A model generated the notes under the pieces. It saw nothing but the letters and a program-made list of their open reading frames with translations, had not been told where the DNA came from and ran no database searches. 64,000 nt of DNA from Alphaproteobacteria bacterium. GTDB lineage: Bacteria; Pseudomonadota; Alphaproteobacteria; JAAXGF01. Position numbers and translations under genes: made by a program. The stretch spans positions 2,048,001 through 2,112,000 of the forward strand of contig CAUVXB020000002.1 in the NCBI GenBank assembly GCA_963555825.3, written 5' to 3'. This document shows positions 1 to 11,196 of the stretch, one piece after another (the stretch's first letter is position 1; each line of letters begins with the position of its first letter).

Positions 1-1234
<1,234 letters not shown>

Positions 1235-1354
1235 TGCGTCCCCTCGAACATATGGCGCCGGCCGTGGTCCTCGCCTCGGGCGTCGCCGAAAAATCCGGTC
1301 ATTCGATCACGTGCCGCCCGGGATACCCCGAAATTCCGCCGGGCCGACGCCGGA

Positions 1355-1385
1355 ATATATAAGAAGCGCCGGGGGCCGCCGCAAC
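1355..1385 (-). promoter_or_regulatory. Putative RpoH (sigma32) promoter of dnaK
   Basis: Minus strand GTTG-N18-CTTATAT, close to the alphaproteobacterial RpoH consensus CTTG-N17/18-CCTATAT, ~120 bp upstream of dnaK. Confidence 0.6.
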
Positions 1386-1425
1386 CCTGGCCCGGCATCG
1401 AGCGTGGCGAAAATGTCGCTGGACC

Positions 1426-2181
1426 TCAGGCCGCGCCATCTTCGGCGGGCTCGGCTGGTTCGGCTGGTTCGGCTGGTTCGGCGGCGCCCTTGGGCGCTCT
1501 GGCGACGCCGACCATGGCCGGGCGCAGCAGCCGGTCGGCGATGGCATAGCCCGGCTGCATGACCTCGACCACGGTGCCGGGCGGCGTTTCGGTGGTTTCG
1601 ACCTCGAACATCGCCTGGTGAAAGTTGTGGTCGAACTTTTCGCCCTTGGGCTCGATGCGCCTGATGCCGTGGCGCTCGACCACCGCGAGGAACTCGCGTT
1701 CGGTCATGTCGATGCCGGCTAGCGTACCGGCCAGCGTCTCGTCGGCGCGCGCCGCCTCGGGCACGCTGTCGATCGCGCGGCGCAGGTTGTCGACCACCGA
1801 CAAGAGGTCGCGGGCGAAGTTGCTGATGGCGTATTTGCCGACGTCCTCGCGCTCGCGCTGGGCGCGCCGGCGGACGTTTTCCGTCTCGGCGAGTGCACGC
1901 AGCAGCGCGCCGCGCAGCTCGGCGACTTCGGCGCGCAGCACGTCCGTTTCGTCCTCGGGCTCGGCCGCGTCGTTGTCAACGGCGTCGGCCTCGTCGGCGT
2001 CGGCCTCGTCGGCGTCGACCGTTGCCGCGTCGGTGTCGGGTCCGAATTGGATCTCTGAGATCACCTCGGCCGGCGCCGCGTCGTCGGCCGAAATATCGCT
2101 CGCCGGTGTCGCGGCCTTGGGCGCCTCGGTTTGTGGCGCTGTCTTGTCGACGTCGTTCATACTGGATTTCCGCTTGCTCAC
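1426..2181 (-). CDS. grpE: Nucleotide exchange factor GrpE (start may be ATG 2160)
   Basis: LRALAETENVRRR, FDHNFHQAM, GYAIADRLLRPAMVGV motifs; between hrcA and dnaK; acidic low-complexity N-terminus and AEP repeats at the C-terminus. Confidence 0.96.
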   Translation of the reverse strand: MSKRKSSMNDVDKTAPQTEAPKAATPASDISADDAAPAEVISEIQFGPDTDAATVDADEADADEADAVDNDAAEPEDETDVLRAEVAELRGALLRALAETENVRRRAQREREDVGKYAISNFARDLLSVVDNLRRAIDSVPEAARADETLAGTLAGIDMTEREFLAVVERHGIRRIEPKGEKFDHNFHQAMFEVETTETPPGTVVEVMQPGYAIADRLLRPAMVGVARAPKGAAEPAEPAEPAEPAEDGAA

Positions 2182-2185
2182 GTGA

Positions 2186-3226
2186 CTATCCCAACAGGCG
2201 GCCGAGCACCTTGGCCGTATAATCCACCATCGGTACGATGCGTGCGTAATTCAGGTGCCGGGGACCGATCACCCCGATCGCGCCGACGAAGCGCGATTCG
2301 GTATCGGACACCGGCGCCAACACGGTCGAGCAGCCCGATAGGCCGAACAGCTCGCTCTCGGCGCCGATGAAGATCTTGACGCCCGCCGCGCCCTGGGCGA
2401 GCTCGAGCAGGCGCATCAGGTCGCGCTTGGTCTCCAACAACTCGAACAGGTTGCGGATCCGCTCGAGCTCGCTCAGCGCGGTGATGTCGTTCAAGAGGTT
2501 CGCCTGGCCACGTACGATCAGCGTGCCGGTTTCCTCGTCGCCAGCCCAGGTCGCGAGCCCCGCCTCGACGACGCTCGCGGTCAGCTCGTCGAGCTGGGCA
2601 GTGTGCGCGTCGAGCTCGCGTTGGGTCTCCTTGAGCGCTTCGTCGAGCGTGCGCCCGGTGAGCCGTGAATTCAGATAGTTGGTGGCGCGCGTCAGCGCCG
2701 ACGGCGTCATGCCCGCGGGCACATCGATGATCCGGTTCTCGACGTCGCCGTTCTCGGCGACCAGCACAAGAAGCGCGCGGCCCGGCGTCAGCGGGACGAA
2801 CTCGACATGCTTGAGCGGCACTTCCATCTTTGGCGCCAAGACGACGCCGGCGCAGCTCGAGAGACCCGACAGCAGGCCGGACGCCTCGGTCAGCACCTCT
2901 TCGTAGTTGCGCCCGGCGTTGGCGCACTGCCGGTCGATCGTCGCGCGCTCGTCGGGCGACAGATTGCCGACCTCCAGCAGGCCGTCGACGAACAGGCGCA
3001 GGCCGCTCTCGGTCGGCATGCGTCCGGCCGAGGTGTGCGGCGCGAACAAGAGCCCGGCGTCCTCGAGGTCGGCCATGACGTTGCGGATGGTCGCCGGCGA
3101 CAGCGTCGAGTTGAGCCGGCGCGACAGGGTGCGCGAGCCGACCGGCTCGCCGGTGTCGACATAGGCCTCGACGATGTGTCGGAATATTTCGCGCGAACGC
3201 TCGTTGAGTTCGTGTATCACGGCCAT
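2186..3226 (-). CDS. hrcA: Heat-inducible transcription repressor HrcA
   Basis: 346 aa; [37 protein letters not shown] motifs. Confidence 0.97.
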   Translation of the reverse strand: MAVIHELNERSREIFRHIVEAYVDTGEPVGSRTLSRRLNSTLSPATIRNVMADLEDAGLLFAPHTSAGRMPTESGLRLFVDGLLEVGNLSPDERATIDRQCANAGRNYEEVLTEASGLLSGLSSCAGVVLAPKMEVPLKHVEFVPLTPGRALLVLVAENGDVENRIIDVPAGMTPSALTRATNYLNSRLTGRTLDEALKETQRELDAHTAQLDELTASVVEAGLATWAGDEETGTLIVRGQANLLNDITALSELERIRNLFELLETKRDLMRLLELAQGAAGVKIFIGAESELFGLSGCSTVLAPVSDTESRFVGAIGVIGPRHLNYARIVPMVDYTAKVLGRLLG

Positions 3227-3270
3227 TGGTCACATTGCTGGTCCCGCCGCATCCGCGCGCGGGCGCATGG

Positions 3271-3299
3271 AATGTAATCAGCCGACCCGCCGGCGTCAA
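3271..3299 (-). promoter_or_regulatory. Putative sigma70-type promoter of hrcA
   Basis: Minus strand TTGACG-N17-TACATT about 45 bp upstream of the hrcA ATG. Confidence 0.5.
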
Positions 3300-3398
3300 C
3301 GGCAGCGCGCCGAGTGGTCTTTACGGCCCCGACGATGCGCGTTAGCCTGCGATTTTTCCGCCTCAGCGGCAGGAGCCGCGCCGGACACCATGGAAGCC

Positions 3399-4115
3399 AT
3401 GCGACCCTCGGGGCGCGCCCGCGACGAGATGCGCGCCGTCAGCCTGGAGCCCAACATCGCGAAATACGCCGAAGGCTCGTGCCTGGTGCGTTTCGGCGAC
3501 ACGCGGGTGTTGTGCACCGCCTCGGTCGAGGAGCGTGTGCCGCCTTTCCTGCGCAACTCCGGCGCCGGCTGGGTGACCGCCGAGTACGGCATGCTGCCGC
3601 GCTCGACCCACACGCGCACCGACCGCGAGGCCACCCGCGGCAAGCAATCGGGCCGCACGCTCGAGATCCAGCGCCTGATCGGCCGCAGCCTGCGCGCCGT
3701 GACCGATCTCGCGGCGATGGGCGAGCGCCAGATCAAAATCGACTGCGACGTGCTGCAGGCCGACGGCGGCACCCGCACGGCGGCGATCACCGGCGGCTGG
3801 GTCGCGCTGCGCCTCGCCTTCGACGGGCTGGTCGCCAAGGGACTGATCGATGCCGTGCCGCTGACCGACCAGGTCGCCGCGGTGTCCTGCGGCATCTACC
3901 GCGGGCATGCCGTCTGCGACCTCGACTACGACGAGGATTCGAACGCCGAGGCCGACGCCAACTTCGTGCTGACCACCGGCGGCGCGATCATCGAGGTCCA
4001 GTGCACTGCCGAGTCGGCGCCGTTTGCGCGCGCGCGCCTCGGCGAGCTGCACGACCTCGCGGAGCACGCCGTGGTCGAACTGGGCGCCCTGCAGCGCCAT
4101 GCCGTTGGCCTCTAG
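3399..4115 (+). CDS. rph: Ribonuclease PH
   Basis: [42 protein letters not shown] motifs; divergent from hrcA as usual in alphaproteobacteria. Confidence 0.97.
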   Translation: MRPSGRARDEMRAVSLEPNIAKYAEGSCLVRFGDTRVLCTASVEERVPPFLRNSGAGWVTAEYGMLPRSTHTRTDREATRGKQSGRTLEIQRLIGRSLRAVTDLAAMGERQIKIDCDVLQADGGTRTAAITGGWVALRLAFDGLVAKGLIDAVPLTDQVAAVSCGIYRGHAVCDLDYDEDSNAEADANFVLTTGGAIIEVQCTAESAPFARARLGELHDLAEHAVVELGALQRHAVGL

Positions 4116-4731
4116 TCCTTCGAGTACCGATCCGCGCCGCTTCGCCGCCGACAAGCTGGTCATCGCGACGCACAACCCGGGCAAGCTCGAGGAGATCGCC
4201 GCGCTTTTGGCGCCGTTCGGCGTCGCCGTCGTCGGCGCCACGGAACTCGGCCTCGACGAACCGGAAGAGACCGGCCTGAGCTTCACCGAGAACGCCGAGA
4301 TCAAGGCGCGCGCGGCCGCCGTAGCGACTGGTCTGCCGGCGCTGGCCGACGATTCGGGCCTCGCTGTCGCGGCGCTCGGCGGTGCGCCGGGCATCTTTTC
4401 GGCGCGCTGGGCCGGCCCGGCGGGCGATTTCGGCGCCGCCATGGCGCGCGTCGAGGCCGAACTCGGCGACGCGCCTGACCGACACGCATATTTTGTTGCC
4501 GCATTGGCGCTCGCCTGGCCCGATCGCCATTGCGAGACCTTCGAGGGCCGCGTCGACGGCACGCTGGTCACGCCGCCGCGTGGCACGCGCGGCTTCGGCT
4601 ACGACCCAATGTTCCTGCCCGACGATCGCGCCGAGACCTTCGGCGAGATGGCGCCTGCGGAGAAGCACCGCATCAGCCACCGCGCCGACGCCTTCCGCAA
4701 GCTCATCGCGGCGTGCTTCGAGGACGGATGA
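4099..4731 (+). CDS. rdgB: dITP/XTP pyrophosphatase (RdgB/HAM1)
   Basis: [32 protein letters not shown] motifs; start codon uncertain. Confidence 0.95.
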   Translation: MPLASSPSSTDPRRFAADKLVIATHNPGKLEEIAALLAPFGVAVVGATELGLDEPEETGLSFTENAEIKARAAAVATGLPALADDSGLAVAALGGAPGIFSARWAGPAGDFGAAMARVEAELGDAPDRHAYFVAALALAWPDRHCETFEGRVDGTLVTPPRGTRGFGYDPMFLPDDRAETFGEMAPAEKHRISHRADAFRKLIAACFEDG

Positions 4732-4739
4732 GGATAAAA

Positions 4740-5282
4740 ATGAGCTACCCCGAACGTCTCGCTGGAAAGATCAAGAGGCAACTTGAAGAAGCGGCTGCGC
4801 AGTCGTCCGAGGCTGATTGGACGACCAGCTTTTTGCTGAAGCACTTGTGTAAGTTAGGACATTGCGAGGGCTTGCTCGTCTATGCCAGCAATTGTGAAGG
4901 AGCTGATGGCGGAGAGTGGCTCTACGATATGTGCTGGCTCGACTACGGTGAAATGTATGAGGACGGCTCGAATCGGAAATTCTTCGACACCGTCCTGGTC
5001 GTCGAGTCCGAATGGAGCACGAAGGATGGCGATCTTGAGGACGATTTCGAGAAGCTCGTCCAAGCACGTTCCGGGTTGCGCGTCATGGTTTTCCAAGCCC
5101 AGACAAAGTCCAAAGCTATCGACACAATTCAGAGGCTCTTTGTCCGGGATATCAAGGCGTATCGACGGGGCCAGCCCGACGACACCCACCTCTTCTGCGC
5201 ATATTTGGCTCCGAACGATAAGGTTTTCCGACATTGGATCGTGCGAAACACGTACCCGTGGGAGGTAATCGAGCTGTATTGA
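4740..5282 (+). CDS. Hypothetical protein, possible PD-(D/E)XK-fold nuclease
   Basis: 180 aa with GAGGA RBS; lower GC and atypical codons; EWLYDMCW...VLVVESEW...DDFEKLV resembles a restriction-endonuclease-like D...ExE core. Confidence 0.65.
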   Translation: MSYPERLAGKIKRQLEEAAAQSSEADWTTSFLLKHLCKLGHCEGLLVYASNCEGADGGEWLYDMCWLDYGEMYEDGSNRKFFDTVLVVESEWSTKDGDLEDDFEKLVQARSGLRVMVFQAQTKSKAIDTIQRLFVRDIKAYRRGQPDDTHLFCAYLAPNDKVFRHWIVRNTYPWEVIELY

Positions 5283-5287
5283 TAGCG

Positions 5288-6475
5288 ATGACCGCACAAA
5301 CCCGTCCGCAGTCACAGGTAACTGACGACACCGGCTTCGGGGTTTACGTCCATTGGCCGTTTTGTCTGCAGATGTGTCCGTATTGCGACTTCAACAGCCA
5401 TGTCCGCGAGGGCGTCGACGAAGCGCGCTGGCGCGGAGCGCTCTTGGCGGAGATCGACCACGCGGCCGGCGAGACCGGCGGGCGGGTCGTTACCAGCGTC
5501 TTCTTCGGCGGCGGCACGCCCTCGCTGATGGGCCCGGCGACCGTGGCCGCGCTGATCGAGCGCATCGCCGAACGTTGGACGCTCGACCCGGGCGTCGAGA
5601 TCACGCTCGAGGCCAACCCGACCTCGGTCGAGGCCGGGCGCTTCGCCGGCTACCGGTCGGCCGGCGTCAATCGCGTTTCGCTCGGCGTCCAGTCGCTCGA
5701 CGACGTGGCGCTACGCTTCCTCGGCCGCGGCCACAGCGCGGACGAGGCCCGCGCGGCCGTCGCGACGGCGCACGCCCATTTCGACCGCGTCTCGTTCGAC
5801 CTGATCTATGCGCGGCCCGAGCAAACCGTCGCCGCCTGGCGCGCCGAACTGGCCGAGGCGCTCGGCCTCGCGGGCGAGCATCTGTCGCTCTACCAGCTGA
5901 CCATCGAGCCGGGCACGCGGTTCCACAATCTGGCGGGGCGCGGCCTGCTCGCGGTACCCGACGGGGACGCCGCGGCGGCGCTCTACGACGCGACGCAAGA
6001 CGCGATGGACGCGGCCGGGCTGCCGGCCTACGAGATCTCGAACCACGCGCGGCCGGGCGCCGCGTCGCGCCACAACCTGACCTATTGGCGGGCTGGCGAC
6101 TACGTCGGCATCGGGCCAGGCGCTCATGGCCGCGTCACCGACCGGTCGGCGACCCATGCGGTACGCCGCATCCGTTCGCCCGAGCGCTGGCTCGCCGCGG
6201 TCGAGCGCGACGGGGTCGGCACCGATGAATGCGTCGTGGTCGCGCCCGATGATCGGGTCGCCGAAGTGCTGATGATGGGCCTCCGCCTCACCGAGGGCGT
6301 GCCGGCGGACCGCTTCCGGGCGCGCACCGGGCGCGGCCTCGGCGAGGCGCTCGCACCGGCACGGCTGGCGCCGCTGGTCGAGGGCGGCCTAATCGAGAGT
6401 GACGCCGACGGCCTGCGCGCCAGCGCCGCCGGCCGGCGCGTGCTCAACGCCGTGCTCGGCGCCCTGCTCGCATGA
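5288..6475 (+). CDS. hemW: Radical SAM heme chaperone HemW
   Basis: [17 protein letters not shown] (CxxxCxxC), [22 protein letters not shown]. Confidence 0.95.
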   Translation: MTAQTRPQSQVTDDTGFGVYVHWPFCLQMCPYCDFNSHVREGVDEARWRGALLAEIDHAAGETGGRVVTSVFFGGGTPSLMGPATVAALIERIAERWTLDPGVEITLEANPTSVEAGRFAGYRSAGVNRVSLGVQSLDDVALRFLGRGHSADEARAAVATAHAHFDRVSFDLIYARPEQTVAAWRAELAEALGLAGEHLSLYQLTIEPGTRFHNLAGRGLLAVPDGDAAAALYDATQDAMDAAGLPAYEISNHARPGAASRHNLTYWRAGDYVGIGPGAHGRVTDRSATHAVRRIRSPERWLAAVERDGVGTDECVVVAPDDRVAEVLMMGLRLTEGVPADRFRARTGRGLGEALAPARLAPLVEGGLIESDADGLRASAAGRRVLNAVLGALLA

Positions 6476-6486
6476 CCCCGAATAAA

Positions 6487-6567
6487 TTATAATGCGGTCA
6501 GATTCCTTTATTTGACCTTTAAACATCTGTTTTAAAAAGTAATTAACGGAGTCTGGCCTCATTATGA
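6487..6567. repeat. AT-rich imperfect palindrome (27-nt arms) between convergent genes
   Basis: 6487-6513 TTATAATGCGGTCAGATTCCTTTATTT vs reverse complement of 6541-6567 TCATAATGAGGCCAGACTCCGTTAATT (21/27); each arm carries a GANTC. Confidence 0.7.
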
Positions 6568-6599
6568 AGAATGTTTGATGATGAAGGATTTTGCCGCGC

Positions 6600-7988
6600 C
6601 TAGAAGCCGGCGAAGCTGTCGGGCGCGGCGCTCACCGTCACGACGCCGTCGGCGCGCACCTCGAGTACCGCGAGGCCGCGCTGGTTGGTCCCATCGGCGG
6701 TGAAACGGAACAGCCCGTCGACGCCCCGGAAGCCGCCTGCGTTGGTCAGCACGGCCGCGCCAAAATCGGCGCCGCCGGGTTGACGGACCAACGTTCCGAC
6801 CAGCGCCACCGCGTCGTAGGCGAGCGTCGCGAGACGCGGCGGCGCCCGCCCGAACGCATCGGCGAAGCGTTGCTCGAAGCGGGCCCGGGCGGCGGGCGGC
6901 GGCGCGGCGTACCAGCCGCCATAGAGCGCCGACTCGGCGCCGATCGCCGCGGTCTCCCACTGCGCGGTGCCGAGGAAGCGCACCGCCGCTGGGTCGACGT
7001 CGTAGTAGGGCAGCATCGGCGCAACGGTCAGCAGGCGGCTGCCGCCCTCGGGCACCAGCACCGCGTCGAAATCGACCTCGCCCAGCGTATCGAGCGGCTC
7101 GAGCCGGGCCAGCGCGGCGCGCGACACCTCGTCGTCGCGCGCCGCGAGCTGCCGGCGCTGTTCGAGCAAGGCGCCGTGGCGCCGATCATAATCGGCGAAG
7201 GCGCGCACGATATTGAACAGGTCCGAGGCGGCCGTGACGTCGGCCGGATAGAACACCGGGCTGACGACCCGCACGCCGTTCGCCTGGGCCGCCCGGCGCA
7301 GCGCGCCGACCACCGTCTGGCCGTATTTCGACGACGGCGCGAGCGCCGAGAAGCGCGTGAAGCCCTGGCTCACGGCATAGCCGACGACGCGCGCGATCTG
7401 CTGCTCGGGCAGCAGCCCCATGATGAAGACGCCCGGCCCGGCGACGCTGCGGTCCGACGAGAAGCCGACGACGTTGACGCCGGCGCTGCGCGCCAGCGGT
7501 GCGACCGAGGCGACCGAACCGGCGAACAGCGGGCCGATAATCAGCGTCGCGCCCTCGGCGATCGCCGTCGCGGCGGCGCGCGCGGCACCCTCGGGCGTGC
7601 CGTTGGTGTCCTTCGGCATCAGCACGAGATCATCGGCACGGACGTCGAACAGCGCCATCTGGGCGGCATCGAGCAGGGCCTGGCCGAGCTCGGCCGAACG
7701 CCCGGTGAGCGGCAGCAGCAGCGCGACCCGGGCGACGCCCGGCATCGGCGGCGGGCCCGCCGGCGCCGGCGGCGGCACGGGCTCGGGCGGCGGCGCGAGG
7801 ACGACCGGCGCGGGCGCGGGCGGCGGCGCGGCGACCTGCGGCACCGGCTGGCTCTCTTGAACCGGGGCCTTGCGAGCCGTTACTGTCTGATGCTGGCAGG
7901 CCGCCAGCACCATTGCGAGGGCGAGCGCCCATGACGCGACGCAGGATCGCCGGCAGAGGTCAGCGCGAAGAGACGGGCGAAGAGGCAC
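6600..7988 (-). CDS. Penicillin-binding protein activator (LpoA-like) / periplasmic binding-fold lipoprotein
   Basis: Lipobox LAAC, Pro-rich linker, VALLLPLTG, IIGPLFA, LAYDAV, GVDGLFRF...QRGLAVLEV; divergent from rsmI; start uncertain. Confidence 0.85.
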   Translation of the reverse strand: MPLRPSLRADLCRRSCVASWALALAMVLAACQHQTVTARKAPVQESQPVPQVAAPPPAPAPVVLAPPPEPVPPPAPAGPPPMPGVARVALLLPLTGRSAELGQALLDAAQMALFDVRADDLVLMPKDTNGTPEGAARAAATAIAEGATLIIGPLFAGSVASVAPLARSAGVNVVGFSSDRSVAGPGVFIMGLLPEQQIARVVGYAVSQGFTRFSALAPSSKYGQTVVGALRRAAQANGVRVVSPVFYPADVTAASDLFNIVRAFADYDRRHGALLEQRRQLAARDDEVSRAALARLEPLDTLGEVDFDAVLVPEGGSRLLTVAPMLPYYDVDPAAVRFLGTAQWETAAIGAESALYGGWYAAPPPAARARFEQRFADAFGRAPPRLATLAYDAVALVGTLVRQPGGADFGAAVLTNAGGFRGVDGLFRFTADGTNQRGLAVLEVRADGVVTVSAAPDSFAGF

Positions 7989-8887
7989 GAGCTCGCTTCA
8001 TCGAAGTTGGCGACAAGCCCGGTCAGGGTAGCGCCGCGGCCGGGCGAAGTAAACGGCTGGCGCCCGGTCTTTACATCGTCTCGACGCCGATCGGCAACGC
8101 GCGCGACATCACGCTGCGCGCGCTCGACGTGCTCGGCCAGGCCGACCTGGTCGCCTGCGAAGACACCCGCGTCACGACCAAGCTGCTGGCGATTCACGGG
8201 CTCGGCGCGCCGCTCACCGCCTATCACGATCACAACGCCCGGAAGGTGCGGCCCGGCCTCCTGAAGCGGCTCGCCGACGGCGCCGCGATCGCGCTGGTCA
8301 GCGACGCCGGCACGCCGCTGGTCTCCGATCCGGGCTTCAAGCTGGTCGCCGAGGCGGCCGCCGCCGGCATCGCGGTCTTCGCCGTGCCAGGCGCGGCGGC
8401 GCCGATCGCCGCCTTGACCGTCGCCGGGCTGCCGACCGACCGCGCCTTGTTCGCCGGCTTCCTGCCGCCACGCAGGCCGGCGCGGCTCACGGCGCTCGCC
8501 GAACTCGCCGCGGCGCCGGCGACGCTGGTCTTCTTCGAAGTGCCGCGCCGTCTCGCCGCCGCGCTCGACGACATGACGCAAGCGCTCGGCGATCGGCCGG
8601 CCGCGGTGGCGCGCGAGCTGACCAAACTCTTCGAGGAGACCCGCCGCGGCACGCTCGCCGGGCTCGCCGCGCACTACCACGCCGAAGGCCCACCCAAGGG
8701 CGAGGTCGTCGTCGTGATCGGTCCGCCCGAGAAGCGCGCCGTCACGCCCGAGGCGATCGATGCGCTGCTCACCGACGCGCTCGCCAGCGGCTCGGTGCGC
8801 GACGCGGCGGCTGCGGTGGCGGCGGCGACCGGCGCGCCGCGCCGCGCGGTTTACGCCCGCGCCCTCGAACTCGCGCGCGACCGGTGA
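7913..8887 (+). CDS. rsmI: 16S rRNA (cytidine1402-2'-O)-methyltransferase
   Basis: LYIVSTPIGN, CEDTR, VSDAGTPLVSDPG, RELTKLFEE; true start probably 7931 or later. Confidence 0.95.
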   Translation: MRGRAPMTRRRIAGRGQREETGEEARARFIEVGDKPGQGSAAAGRSKRLAPGLYIVSTPIGNARDITLRALDVLGQADLVACEDTRVTTKLLAIHGLGAPLTAYHDHNARKVRPGLLKRLADGAAIALVSDAGTPLVSDPGFKLVAEAAAAGIAVFAVPGAAAPIAALTVAGLPTDRALFAGFLPPRRPARLTALAELAAAPATLVFFEVPRRLAAALDDMTQALGDRPAAVARELTKLFEETRRGTLAGLAAHYHAEGPPKGEVVVVIGPPEKRAVTPEAIDALLTDALASGSVRDAAAAVAAATGAPRRAVYARALELARDR

Positions 8888-9243
8888 GTCAGGCGCCGCG
8901 CCGCCGCGCCTACCGCTTCGGCCATCTCGCCGAGACGCTCTGCGTCTGGTCGCTGCGGCTGCGCGGCTACCGGGTGCTGGCGCGGCGTTTCGACGCGCGC
9001 GTCGGCGAGCTCGACATCATCGCCCGGCGCGCCGGCGTGTTGGCGTTCATCGAGGTCAAGGCGCGGCGCGCCGGCGATGACGGCGACATGCTCACGACAC
9101 ATCAGTGTTCGCGCATCGAACGCGCGGCCGAGGCCTACGTCGCCCGGCACCGCCAGCTCGCCGGGCTCGACATGCGCTTCGACCTGATGGTCGTGCGGCC
9201 CTGGCGGTCGCCGCGCCACTTGGCCGACTACTGGCGGCCTTAG
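8884..9243 (+). CDS. yraN: YraN family (UPF0102) putative endonuclease
   Basis: GELDIIA...FIEVK, RFD motifs; overlaps the rsmI stop. Confidence 0.92.
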   Translation: MSQAPRRRAYRFGHLAETLCVWSLRLRGYRVLARRFDARVGELDIIARRAGVLAFIEVKARRAGDDGDMLTTHQCSRIERAAEAYVARHRQLAGLDMRFDLMVVRPWRSPRHLADYWRP

Positions 9244-9244
9244 T

Positions 9245-9340
9245 TGTTTCCGGTCACCTTCACTTCGTGAAGCTGACCTGCGCTCAGTCGCCGCGCATGC
9301 TTCCGCCGAACGGTCGACGGCCCGCAGTCGCGGGCTGGTG
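9245..9340 (+). repeat. Dispersed structured intergenic repeat, copy A
   Basis: GGTCA hairpin + TGACCTGCGCTCAGTCGCCGCGC + GCCGAACGGTCGACGGCCC; shorter variant of copies B-F. Confidence 0.85.
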
Positions 9341-9474
9341 GCATCCAGCCGATGACAGTTGGCTGGATAGCGCGTTGATCGCGCGCGCGTACCGGTCGCA
9401 TCACGGGGCCAGTCGTGGTATGATGGCGCAGTCCACAACCCCAGTACCCCTATGCAGTTTCGGAGAGTATTCCC

Positions 9475-10065
9475 ATGACGCCCCGCCCCGTCATCTCATT
9501 CATGATTCCGCTCGCCCTGCTGATCGTCCTCGCTGCGCCCGGTTGCACCACTGTGGCGGTCGGCGCCGCGGGCACCACCGCCGTCGCCGCCGCGCAGGAG
9601 CGCACGATCGGCGATGCGATCGACGATTCGCTTATCTACACGGAGGTCAACCACCATCTGTTGCAGGCCGACATCGACCTGTTCAAGGACGTCGGCGTCA
9701 AGGTCGTCGAGGGCCGCGTGCTCTTGACTGGCAGCGTGCCGACGCCCCAGGACCGCATCGAGGCGGTGCGCCTCGCCTGGCAGGCCGAAGGCATCAAGGA
9801 GGTCCTGAACGAGGTCCAGGTGACCGACGCAACGGGCATCGTCGATTATGCCACCGACAGTTGGATCAGCGTCCAGATCAAGACCAAGCTGTTGTTCGAC
9901 CGCGACATCCGCGCCATCAACTACTCGGTCGAGACGGTCAACGGCGCGGTCTACATGATCGGCATCGCGCGTGACGCGGCCGAGCTGAAGCGCGCCACCA
10001 ACCACGCGCGCACCATCAAGGGCGTGCGCAAGGTGATCAGCCACGTGCGCATCCAGACGAGTTGA
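9475..10065 (+). CDS. BON domain lipoprotein (DolP/YraP-like)
   Basis: Signal peptide with lipobox Cys and two BON repeats ([15 protein letters not shown]); usual yraN neighbour. Confidence 0.9.
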   Translation: MTPRPVISFMIPLALLIVLAAPGCTTVAVGAAGTTAVAAAQERTIGDAIDDSLIYTEVNHHLLQADIDLFKDVGVKVVEGRVLLTGSVPTPQDRIEAVRLAWQAEGIKEVLNEVQVTDATGIVDYATDSWISVQIKTKLLFDRDIRAINYSVETVNGAVYMIGIARDAAELKRATNHARTIKGVRKVISHVRIQTS

Positions 10066-10099
10066 GCCAGCCGACGCCAACAGCGCGCGGCAGCCGGCC

Positions 10100-11047
10100 A
10101 TGAGCCTCGCCGTCGCCTTCCAGATGGACCCGATCGAGGGCGTCGACATCGACGCCGATTCGAGCTTCGTCTTGGGCCTCGAGGCGCAGGCGCGGGGCCA
10201 CCGCCTCTTCCACTACCTGCCGCGTGACCTGGCGATGATCGACCGCCGGGTCGTCGCCCGCGTCCGGCCGATGGAATTGCGCCGCGAGAAGGGCAATCAC
10301 GCGACGCTCGGCGCGCCGGAAATGAGCGATCTGGCGCTGATGGACGTCGTCATGCTGCGCCAGGATCCGCCGTTCGATATGTCCTACATCACGACGACGC
10401 ATCTCCTCGAACACATCCACCCGGCGACGCTGGTGGTCAACGACCCGATGCAGGTGCGCAACGCGCCCGAAAAGCTGTTCGCCAACCACTTCGAAGGGCT
10501 GTTGCCGCCGACACTGATCACCGCCGACCCCGAGCTGGTGCGCGAGTTCCGCGCCGAGCATTTGGACATCATCTTGAAACCGCTCTATGGCAACGGCGGC
10601 GCCGGCGTCTTCCACGTCATGCCCGACGACGAAAACCTCAACGCGCTGCTGGAGATGTTCACACTGATGTTCCGCGAGCCGATCATCGTACAGCGCTACC
10701 AGCCCGAGGTGCGTCAGGGCGACAAGCGCATCATCCTGATCGACGGCGAGCCGGCCGGCGCGATCAACCGCGTGCCGCCGCCGGGCGAGGCGCGCGCCAA
10801 CATGCACGTCGGCGCGGTGCCGTTGAAATCCGACATCGACGGCCGCGAGCGCGAGATCTGCGCCGCGATCGGCCCGACGCTCAAGGAACGCGGCCTGATC
10901 TTCGTCGGCATCGACGTGATCGGCGGCTATCTGACCGAGATCAACGTCACCTCGCCGACCGGCCTGCAGGAGATCGACCGCTTCGACGACGTCAACCTCG
11001 AAGGCCGCATCTGGGACGCCATCGAGGGACGGATAGAGCGGCGATAG
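10100..11047 (+). CDS. gshB: Glutathione synthetase
   Basis: [42 protein letters not shown]. Confidence 0.97.
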   Translation: MSLAVAFQMDPIEGVDIDADSSFVLGLEAQARGHRLFHYLPRDLAMIDRRVVARVRPMELRREKGNHATLGAPEMSDLALMDVVMLRQDPPFDMSYITTTHLLEHIHPATLVVNDPMQVRNAPEKLFANHFEGLLPPTLITADPELVREFRAEHLDIILKPLYGNGGAGVFHVMPDDENLNALLEMFTLMFREPIIVQRYQPEVRQGDKRIILIDGEPAGAINRVPPPGEARANMHVGAVPLKSDIDGREREICAAIGPTLKERGLIFVGIDVIGGYLTEINVTSPTGLQEIDRFDDVNLEGRIWDAIEGRIERR

Positions 11048-11054
11048 AGAATAA

Positions 11055-11178
11055 TTGTTACGGTCATCTTTGCTCTGCAAAGATGACCTGCGCTCAATCG
11101 CCGCGCATGCCAATCTATATCCCACAAGGACTGGCCGAACGGTCGGCGGCCCGCGGTCGCAGGCTGGTAGATTTCGAC
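11055..11178 (+). repeat. Dispersed structured intergenic repeat, copy B
   Basis: GGTCATCTTTGC-tct-GCAAAGATGACC hairpin, then TGCGCTCAATCGCCGCGC and GGCCGAACGGTCGGCGG. Confidence 0.9.
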
Positions 11179-11196
11179 GGACGGCTCGGCCGGGGC

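Noticed and set aside
1443-1482. 9-bp tandem repeat (GGCTGGTTC) at the grpE 3' end
   Set aside because: In-frame low-complexity AEP tail; no frameshift potential and common in GrpE termini
1235-3398. CIRCE operator expected near hrcA/grpE/dnaK
   Set aside because: No TTAGCACTC-N9-GAGTGCTAA seen by eye; an RpoH-like promoter is present instead
6481-6590. AT-rich gap as a possible dif site
   Set aside because: No XerC/XerD 11-6-11 match seen, and the window is origin-proximal
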